Shown here piece after piece: positions 54,442-64,000 of a DNA stretch of 64,000 nt. The stretch is taken from positions 23,498,001-23,562,000 of the forward strand of contig OZ024765.1 in NCBI GenBank assembly GCA_964016885.1, read 5' to 3'. A program made the position numbers and the translations under genes. Under the pieces are notes generated by a model, which was not told where the DNA came from, did no database searches, and saw only the letters and a list, made by a program, of their open reading frames with translations. The first letter of the stretch is position 1, and each line of letters opens with the position of its first letter. The DNA comes from Eledone cirrhosa (Eukaryota).

Positions 54442-54649
54442 CTCTCTCTATAAATATATATATACACATATTTATGTATATATATATTTACTAAACCACA
54501 TTCTTCATCTAAGTATAATTTGTAATGTTATTTACAAAACTAGGAATAAAATAATTCTTGAGATATTCACTGCGAACCTCTACTTTCTCCATATCGTTTT
54601 TGGACCTAGTATATATATATATGTATAGTTTCGTTGACAAGTATATCAA

Positions 54650-55040
54650 TGTGCCGACCTTACCCAATTACACCTCTCAAATGCGATAACACACGACCGT
54701 GACCTCTGGCGTCATGCAGTAATACAGAGTACCCGACCTCCTATGGGTACAAGCTGAAGCATATAGACAATATGCCCCCACACCCTCCCACTGCAAGGTG
54801 GTCGTGGAGGTACCACGGCAAAAAAGCACCCAGCCCACACTGTAAAGTGGACGTGTAGGCGCCACGAAAAAGCACCCAGCACTCACTGTAAATAAGGTTG
54901 GTGTTAGGAAGGGCATCCAGCTATAGAAATCAAGCCAAATCAGTTCCTGTATGAGCAAGGCATGGTCAGCCGACCAGATACTGCCCACAACAGGACAACC
55001 CGTCTAACCCATGCTAGCCTGGAAGAACGGAATAAAACGT
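54650..55040 (+). mobile_element. RTE 3' end (family of 40085)
   Basis: Reverse complement of about 40110-40495. Confidence 0.88.
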
Positions 55041-55447
55041 TGACGAACAATAAAAAGTACAAAATTACAAAAGAAATAAATATAAAATACAATAAAGGAA
55101 CAAAAAAAACAAAAAAAAATCCACAAAAATAAAACAATATGGATATATATATATATTAATTCAAAACGTGGAGTGCTTCTAATCTATTGTAAAACTTTAT
55201 TCTTTGATTTATTCATTGAAGCTTGTTTAACCTTTAAATAATATATATATATATTTTTATCTATTTATTTGTGATATTTGTAATGTTATTTATACAACCA
55301 GGAATAAAATAATTCTTCCCCTAATCCTTACCATTCACTGCGAGACTGTACTTGCTGTTCGTCCCTGTGATATAAATATATATATATATATATTAATATA
55401 TATATATATATATATACTTACTACAGCCCATTATTCGTTTAAGTATA

Positions 55448-55632
55448 GGGTGGTGGATTGGCAGTATCGGTAGAGGGTCGGACGCCATGCTTTCCAGCAT
55501 AGTTACGTCCCTTTACGATCTGAGTTCAAATCCCGCCGAGGTTGACTTTGCCTTTCATCCTTACGGGGTCGATAAAATAAAGTACCAGTAATGCACTGGG
55601 TAATTGCTGGCCTTGTGCCTAAAGTAGAAACA
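55448..55632 (+). mobile_element. Full-length tRNA-SINE family 2 (Meta-domain-like) with 18-bp target-site duplication
   Basis: B-box gagttcaaatccc; gcctttcatccttacggggtcgataaaataaagtacc; TSD attattcgtttaagtata at 55430-55447 and 55633-55650; partial copies at 56127, 56360 (minus), 57408, 59150 (minus). Confidence 0.85.
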
Positions 55633-55933
55633 ATTATTCGTTTAAGTATAATTTGTAATTATACAACCAGGAATAAAATAATTCTTACTCTAAACCTCAC
55701 CATTCACTGCGAGACTGTACTGTCTTTATTTCCTGCCCCACCTACTTTCGTTCATTCATTAATTTACTTCAAACTCAATCAATTCCTGTCTCTTTCTTCT
55801 ATATTTTATATTTTCAAGGTATTTCAACAATTTTTATTATTTTTACGTTTCTTTCATTAATTTATTCCGTTTTATATTTAAAATATCTCTGACTAATTTT
55901 TCCCGTATTTTCTCTCTCTCTCTCTCTCTCTCT

Positions 55934-55981
<48 letters not shown>

Positions 55982-56598
55982 GAAAGGGTTGTCCATAATT
56001 AGCCGTCGAAACGGCTTGAGCTCAGCCGTCGGGGTCCTACTCGTTGCTATTACCCACTCTACTACCCTAAGTATTGAGTACATGATCAACCTGGTTCCTT
56101 ACAACATTTCCTTCGTTTTATATATATCCCGCCGAGGTTGACTTTGCCTTTCATCCTTACGTGGTCGATAAAATAAAGTACCAGTAATACACTAGGTATT
56201 TGCTGGCCTTGTGCCTAAAGTAGAAACAGTTATATATATATATATATATATAAAAGATGAATATAAAATGAAAGTGCTTTTATAAAGGAATTTATTAGGT
56301 ATTGACATGTTTCTGTAACAGACGGAATACCTATGTATCGCTGCTTGGGTAATCATATAATTGTTTCTACGTTAGGCACAAGGCCAGCAAATATCCAGTG
56401 CATTACTGGTACTTTATTTTATCGACCCCGTAAGGATGAAAGGCAAAGTCAACCTCGGCGGGATTTGCATAATCATATAATATTAGCACGTAAGACGTTG
56501 ACTATGTAATTGCTAAGCCATGAGTTCTGTCATACCCGGGGTGTGACGTTATAGCTATGTATCTATCTAACGAGAGGAATGTCGTATTATATATATTA

Positions 56599-57403
56599 TC
56601 TATATATATAAAACTGTGGTTGTCTGTCTGTCTATCGATTTTTGGCACACATCTCCTCTTAGAATCTCTCACGGAATTGCACCGAAATTGCTATACTTGT
56701 ACATTGAGCCCTAGCGAAGACATCGGAAAAAAATATTTCAAATTGACCCACCCTATGTGACGAAATAGAATATAATGTATCGATTTTTGAGCGTAAGTTA
56801 TCAGTTATTTCCCTTTGTTCTGTTTACATTGAGCGTCTTACGTAAAAAATTACGCTGGCTTTCTCAGCGTTTAAAATGACATTAACACAATACACGAACA
56901 GTTGTCGAGCCAGCAAAATATTGACCTGCAAAATTCATCAGTTCGAACACTAAGCTTCCGTTTTCCTTCATTTCCATTTAAAAGCATTTTAAAACAATAT
57001 TTTTACTTGAAAACAAGTCTATTTAAAGACTACGTAAAACAAGCAAATATTTCAGGCGTGCAGACAGACAGTCGTGCAGAGAGGTGATATAGGCGTGCAG
57101 ACAGACATAACTGATAATTTGGTTACGCTAATGTTTTTCTCTGCGTTGCAGTGTTTACATTTTCGATCTTTGTTAATAAATAACCAGTGCAGTTTTTATC
57201 CCCAGCATCCTCTTTTGTTATAACATTCGGGTTATCGTTATGTTTTCTTAACTTCATAAGGCATATTGTTGGTTGAGGGAATATTAATCAAAAACACCAC
57301 ATGCAAGTAGACATTACAGTTTTTAAGCCAAAAAAGAAACTTAACATTGTAACTTTAACACAGCTACTGAGCGACCCCGAGCAACGCCGGGCTTTACTGC
57401 TAG
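56599..57403 (+). mobile_element. Non-autonomous Helitron
   Basis: A|TCTATATATATAAAAC start; hairpin cccgagcaacgccggg then CTAG|T end. Confidence 0.85.
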
Positions 57404-57592
57404 TATATAATAAAGTACCAGTAATGTACTGGGATAATTGCTGGCCTTGTGCCAAAAGTAGAAACAATTATACTTCTTTTTTATACAACTGTAAATAACA
57501 TGTTTATGTATGTATATATACGTATATATGTATGTATAAAGGAATGCTGTAATAAAATGTAGAAATTAAACTCTTATTTATGATACTAACAC

Positions 57593-57624
<32 letters not shown>

Positions 57625-57645
57625 TATATATATATATACACACAT

Positions 57646-57697
<52 letters not shown>

Positions 57698-57963
57698 ACA
57701 CTATATATATATATATATACACACATACACACTATATATATATATATATATATACATGCACACTATATATATATATATATATAGTGACCTGGCTATGTCT
57801 GTATGTATGTATTTATATATATATATATAGTGACCTGGCTATGTATGTATGTATTTATATATATATATATATATAGTGACCTATGTATGTATTTATATAT
57901 ATATATATAGTGACCTGGCTATGTATGTATGTATATATATATATATATATATAGCCACCTGGG

Positions 57964-57999
<36 letters not shown>

Positions 58000-58151
58000 C
58001 ACACCTTAATATATATATATATATATATACATTCACACACATTTTCACACATACATTATCCTACACACACACATACATTCACATCCGTCTAACCACGCCC
58101 TTCGTCATCAAATATTTCAATAACAGTGTTGCATTCTGGGAATCATTATTC

Positions 58152-58210
<59 letters not shown>

Positions 58211-58428
58211 GCACAAACTCACATACACATGTATACACACCGTCACACATATATTAACACATACAAACACACACACAAACACACACATAATCTCTCAGCA
58301 CTCCCTACTTGTCATATAGATGTATGTAATAATTATTAATGTGTAACAGAAATATGGACGTGTACTGCTATAAACATATATATATACAACGTAGACATAG
58401 CAGAGTTGTCACAACGTCTTATCAATTA

Positions 58429-58992
58429 CTAGCATTAAAGCCCGGCGTTGCTCGGGGTCATTAAGTTACCAAAGTTAGGTTGCACCACCCATTTTATGGC
58501 AGCACTTTTTTGTCTGCCAGGCACTGGGTGAATGAATTGCAGACCTGGAAGCATGAGCTGCGCCAGCAGTGACAATTGTAGTTTCGCCTATGGATATTAT
58601 CTCTGTGCAAAAAAGTGTTGAAATTTATTGTTTCACAGTACTTGCGCAACACGCGAGTAGACGATGCCAGCCGAACAACAGAGCTGCAATGGAGTTGTTC
58701 TGCATGGTTGTCTGTGTGTTTTCTAAATTTAAGACAGTAGGGAGGGTTGTGATATGAGGGAGAGTTAGCTGTTGTTTCTAGCAGGTTTAGTGACCTTATA
58801 GAGGATATGTGTTTTCTAAATTTAAGACAGTAGGGAGTGGTGTGATATGAGGGAGAGTTAGCTGCTGTTTCTAGCAGGTTTAGTGACCTCATAGAAGATA
58901 TGTTTTCTAAATTTAAGACAGTAGGGAGGGGTGTGATAGGGGGGAGAGTTAGCTGCTGTTTCTAGCAGGTTTAGTGACCTCATAGAGGATAT
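58429..58992 (-). mobile_element. Non-autonomous Helitron 3' part with 3 x ~93-bp tandem repeat (58715-58992); 5' end not located
   Basis: Same 3' hairpin and CTAG|T as 57375-57404, inverted. Confidence 0.7.
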
Positions 58993-60377
58993 TATTGTTT
59001 ATCATTATCTATAAAAGGCAGATTGTTGTTGTTGTTGAAGTGAGTGTGTGTTTGTCTGCGTTTGGAAAAGAGGTTTTAAAAAAGATTTATCGCTTGTTGA
59101 ATAAATGTATCTGTTGCTTTTGAATAATTGTCGTTTCGTATGAATTTAATAATTGTTTCTACTTTTTTGGCACAAGGCCAGTAATTACCCAGTACATTAC
59201 TGGTACTTTATGTAATAATAAATGTTCTCTATCTCTCTCCCTCTCACTCTCTTCTCTCTCTTCGGCAATCACGCACGTTGTCAGATGAGATGAGAGAGTA
59301 AAACGGACAGTATCACCATCAAGCTTGGAAAGAGAAAGTAGCAGAAAGTATGAAGTTGTATAGATTTTGAATGGTAGTGGAAAGAGTTTAGCAGTTTAAA
59401 TGACAGAGGAAAATCGTAAAATATTGAGTTTTATCTATTTGTTGCGTAATTGTGGGTGAAATTGAAAAAATTAGATGTGCCAAGACGCAATCGATGCTAT
59501 TTCGAATACTGAATTGTAAATTTCAATTGAAGAAATTCTATATCGTAGATTTCTATAAGAAAGGAGCATGACCACACACTGAGCTTTATAGATTATGATA
59601 ATGATAATATTATGAGTTGATAGATCCAGTAAGTTCTTTAACTTTGGTGGGAAGAATTTTATAGATTCCTGGTTAACTTGGGTTGGAGAACTTTCTCGTA
59701 TTCTTCTCTCTGTGGCGATTGTCAAACTGAGATCAGGTTGTGTTGAAATGTGTGACTATATATAAGAGAGAGATTTGGATGTGTCTGGGGTTGGCATGTG
59801 GTGTTAATGAGTGTAGATGATGATGAAGGTCCATAGGAATTAAAGCATACACACACACACATACACACACATATATACACTCAGAAAATGGTGAGGTTGT
59901 AAGATAAGGGTGTTTGAGAAGGTAGTTGTAAACATACTCTCCTGCTGGTTTTATTTCATTAGCTGACCTTTGATGAGTATATAATGGCATAGCTGAATCA
60001 ACTCTTCCAAATCCATAAAGAATATCTTCTACAAATTTCTATATCAAAGAGGAATTTAGGTGCTTGTCTGGGTTTTAATGAGGTGTAAGATACATGTCTT
60101 TTGATAAAAATGGGATGACAGGGAAAGAGAAAAGAAGGATAGTTTGGGAAGATTTGTCAAAGATGTGTTGATGATATTGGTTTGGGACAGGAAGGGTGGA
60201 GGGACATGCTGGCTCACATATTCACTTCCCTATATGTAAATATATCTACAGTCCATATATACTACATACAAACACATCAACACATACATACATACACATA
60301 TATATATACACACATACATACACATATATATATACACATACATACACATATATATATACACACATACATACACATAT

Positions 60378-60700
60378 ATCATCATCATCATCGTCGTTTA
60401 ACGTCCATCTTCCATGCTAGCATGGGTCTGAACGGGAATTGTCCCACTTGAGGCGAGATTGGTTGTCTTGCTCAAGACTGTCTGGCGGGTTTTCTACGGC
60501 TGGGTACCCTTCCTAACACCAACCACGTTTACAGTGTGGAACTGGGAGGTTTTTACCGTGTTACCTACACGGCCACATTACAGTGTGGACTGTGTTTTTT
60601 TGTCGTGACAACTACACAACCTCATTTATTTAGGACTGGATGTTGTGGTACAAACATAGCTTTACATCGAAAGGGGTGGGGGTGGGGTTAGTGGGACGGG
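60378..60700 (-). mobile_element. RTE 3' UTR/tail fragment
   Basis: Homologous to 13700-14005 and 63411-63760; (TGA)n tail. Confidence 0.8.
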
Positions 60701-61080
60701 GGTGTATATATATATATATATACATACACATCCATACACACACACACATACACACAACACCCACACACATATTTTATATATATATTATACACATATATAC
60801 ACATACCATATGCTATATATATACACATATATACCATATATATATATGCATATATATATATATGTTGATTGCAACTGGTAAGCGCAGATGTCCTGTATAA
60901 GGCAAATGTGAGTTTAAGTCACATAGGCAATGGTGTCCACTTTTTTTAGATTAATTTTCATAGGCAAAAATCTTACATTGAAGCTTTTAACTTTAAGTTA
61001 CATTTAATAAAACACACTCGCATATGTATATGCATACATGTGTGTGTATATATATAAATATATATATATTAACAGCTAAA

Positions 61081-61166
61081 ATGGAGAATTTATCTGGAGC
61101 AGCAGCTGGTTTACAGGTAAAGGAAGACAGAACTGGTATCACAGCACTACATGAAGCTGTTTCAAA
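61081..61166 (+). CDS. Ankyrin-repeat protein, first visible coding exon
   Basis: aacAG|ctaaaATG; MENLSGAAAGLQVKEDRTGITALHEAVS; donor GTAAGT, phase 2. Confidence 0.75.
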
Positions 61167-61309
61167 GTAAGTTTACAACAATTATTTCTATTCTGTTTGA
61201 TTCATTTCATACTTTCATGGGGGAGTTGGTAGCCATTGACAATGAGGCTCTTGTTCTTGTTGGTGGCTTCACTTACCAATGTATCAGGTGATGTTCCTGG
61301 TGGTGAGGC

Positions 61310-61730
61310 TAGTTGGCTATTTCAGCATCTCAGCCTCACCATCACCAGGCCTTACGGTCATACCAGTTGATACTACCTGGTGAGAGAGCTTGGTTATTCC
61401 AGTATCTCAGTCTCACCATCACCTGGCTTTATCTCCATCACCTGGCTTTATCTCATGGTGCTCTTATGTAAAGGTGCTTGGCTATTCCAGTATCTCTGCC
61501 TCACCATCACCAGGCTTTATTGAAATATCAGTTGATACTCATAGGTGAGGGTACTTGGCTATTGCAGTATCTTAGTTTCACCATCACCATGCTTTACTGA
61601 TGTGTCACTTGATGCTCCTCGGTGAAGGTGCTTGGCTCTTTCAGCATCTCAGCCTCACCATCACTAGGCCTTACTAATGAATCAGTTGATTCTCCTAGAT
61701 GAGGATGCTAGGCTATTCCAGTATCCTGGT
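61310..61730. repeat. Degenerate ~77-bp tandem repeat, 5-6 units, intronic
   Basis: ggctattccagtatctcagcctcaccatcacc recurs at about 61315, 61392, 61480, 61557, 61634, 61711. Confidence 0.75.
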
Positions 61731-61849
61731 CTGGATGCCCTTCTTATCACCAACCACTTTATAGACATGAATGTGTACCTTTATTGTAGTTCTCAAGGAT
61801 AAGCAGATTAACAAGGCTGACCCTTTGTATTACTGGTACAACTCAGTTT

Positions 61850-61978
61850 TGCTAGCTGAGTAGACTGGATCATCATGTAATAAAGTGTCTTGCTCAAGGA
61901 CACAAGCCATCCCCAGGAATCAAACTCACAACCTTATGATCTTCAGTAGAACACACTAACCACTAAGCCATGTGCCTT
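61850..61978 (-). mobile_element. tRNA-SINE family 1 head
   Basis: Minus strand ggcacatggcttagtggttag...tccttgagcaagacacttta. Confidence 0.75.
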
Positions 61979-62023
61979 CATTTCCTATATATGTGTATTT
62001 GTATTTATTTCTACTACTTTCAG

Positions 62024-62171
62024 AAAAAACTATGAAGAGGTGAAATCCTTGCTGTCCTCTGGAGTGGATGTAAATAGTCAGAATAAAGACGGAGTTACTC
62101 CACTCCACATGGCCATCATATACAACTGTACAGATATCGCACAGTTGTTAATCAACACACCTGCTATTAAG
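62024..62171 (+). CDS. Ankyrin-repeat protein, next exon
   Basis: ctttcAG acceptor, phase matches the previous exon; KNYEEVKSLLSSGVDVNSQNKDGVTPLHMAIIYNCTDIAQLLINTPAIK|GT. Confidence 0.85.
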
Positions 62172-62407
62172 GTGGGTCAACATATACACTCTGTAGATTT
62201 GTCTGATTCTATTGATTATTGTTCAATATGACCATCACTATTGATAAATACTGAAAATATTTCCAAATCATTGTATATTTATCAATCTATGTATCTATCA
62301 ATTTATCTATAATATCCACCTATCTACCCATGGCAATTTATCTATCTATCTGTCTGTCTACCTAGCTATCTATCTCTCACCCTCACTCTATTTATATATT
62401 TATCTAC

Positions 62408-62438
<31 letters not shown>

Positions 62439-62800
62439 GTCATGCTTGCATGGATTAATAAAATACACCCAATACACTCTGTAAAGTGATAGTGTTAATG
62501 TCGTGATATCTCTATATATATATATATATAATGACATTAACACTATCACTTTACAGAGTGTATTGGGTGTATTTTATTAGTCCATGCAAAGAAAGTGTGG
62601 AAAGAAACCAGGTGGACCATAACGCACCAGAGAACTCGATACTTAGGGTAGTAGAGTGGGTAATAGGAAAAGAGTCAGGCCCCCGACGGCTGAGCACCAG
62701 CCATTTCAACAGCTAGATACAAACGTTCAGATCTAGATGTCAAAATGGCCGGAGCTCAGCCGTCGGGGTCCTGACTCTCTTCCTATATATATATATATAT

Positions 62801-63385
62801 GTAGGAGGTGAGTTTTATTGTTGCACAATAAAGCAATGCAAATATCGGATAATACATATTAATAATTTCTTTTCCTCGCACATATTATTAAACCCTTCAA
62901 TATACAAACCTTAATTTAATATTATTCTTAATCCCTTTTTCTCTTCATGCATAAACCTCATTAACTTTTAATTTCAAATTCTTTTAAATTATCTATTATC
63001 TTCCAACAGGCTTTTTAACTTCTCTCTGTGAGACAATATATATTTTTTTCTCAGTTGTAAAGGCTATCTCTCTCTCTCTATCACCCATCTCATCCTTCAT
63101 TCTTATACTCCTCCTCCCACCATTCTTTACTCTCATCTACTCCTCTTCCTTACCTTCTCCAACCCCGCCCCCCTCACTTTTTCCCAATCTCATACATCAA
63201 CCTTAAATTATTTTTCATATGTTGATTTAAAACTTCACTATTCACAAGTGTTTTTTAAACTTCATATCATGTATCCCTATTTTATCTGATGAAAATGCAG
63301 ATATCATCCCATGATGATATTTTTTTTTGAAATGCGCATAATAAAATACTTGGAACTCTTTTAACCATCTTTTGATCTTATATTA
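62801..63385 (+). mobile_element. PLE family A pLTR remnant
   Basis: 62801-62852 matches 10293-10344; 62960-63385 matches 12290-12715. Confidence 0.8.
63278..63348 (+). ncRNA. Type I hammerhead ribozyme, family A
   Basis: tattttat CTGATGA aaatgcagatatcatcccatgatgatattttttttt GAAA tgcgca TA^ataaaata. Confidence 0.8.
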
Positions 63386-63410
63386 TATATATATATATAT
63401 ATTTATATAT

Positions 63411-64000
63411 ATCATCATCATCATCATCATCAACGTTTAACGTCCGTGTTCCACGCTTGCATGGGTTTGGACGGGGGTAGTCCCACTTGAGGCAAGAGTG
63501 ATTGTCTTGCTCGCATAGGACTGTCTGGCAGGTTTTCTACAGTTGGATGCCCTTCCTAACACCAACCACATTTACAGTGTGGGTCTGGGAGGTTTTTACC
63601 GTGTTGCCTACACGGCCACATTACAGCGTGGACTGTGTGTTTTTTTGTCGTGACACCTACACGATCTCATTTGTTTCGGCCTCGATGGCGCGGCACCAAC
63701 ATAGCTTTACATAGAACGGGGTGGTGTGGATGGGGTGGGGGTGGTGGTGGGACGGGGTGTATTTTGTTAGAGATGCCTACTGGCAAGGCAGGTCTTCTCT
63801 GTTACTGAGTACCGCCAAAGGTCTCGGTCCAGTGACATTGTCTTGGAGAGGTGTAAGTGTGTGAGGTCGGAGTTTATCAGCTCGTCCCAGGTTTTTCTAG
63901 GTCTGCCTATTCCGTGGCTACCGTCTATCTTTATTGCCCTGCACTTTGTTATACAGCTATCGACTTTCATGCGCATCACGTGTCCATACCAACGTAGCCA
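63411..64000 (-). mobile_element. RTE LINE 3' end, runs off the window
   Basis: GRPRKTWDELINSDL; 3' UTR module; (TGA)n tail. Confidence 0.9.

Noticed and set aside
59471-60060. Short minus-strand ORFs, possible old retroelement
   Set aside because: No diagnostic motif recognised

Overview
AT-rich, microsatellite-dense eukaryotic DNA, most likely octopus or another coleoid cephalopod (inferred from the YHCDICGKSFS-type C2H2 array and the RTE/SINE content). Host genes: an intact 18-finger C2H2 zinc-finger ORF (minus, 5155-6765) with a probable 5' non-coding exon about 12.5 kb upstream, and two coding exons of an ankyrin-repeat gene (plus, 61081-62171). The rest is transposon-derived: many RTE-clade LINE copies (two near full length, all disrupted), CR1-like fragments, a DD37D maT remnant, a frameshifted RepHel Helitron in a head-to-tail array, small Helitrons, two tRNA-SINE families, and Penelope-like elements (PLEs) with inverted pseudo-LTRs. 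The most striking signal is non-coding: six type I hammerhead ribozymes with complete cores, in three sequence families, plus several degenerate ones. One family forms a ~508-nt non-coding unit whose genomic copy runs almost exactly from cleavage site to cleavage site and is joined to an inverted, circularly permuted copy (31508-32410), which is retrozyme / circular-RNA-like. All structures were read by eye; no searches or folding programs were run.
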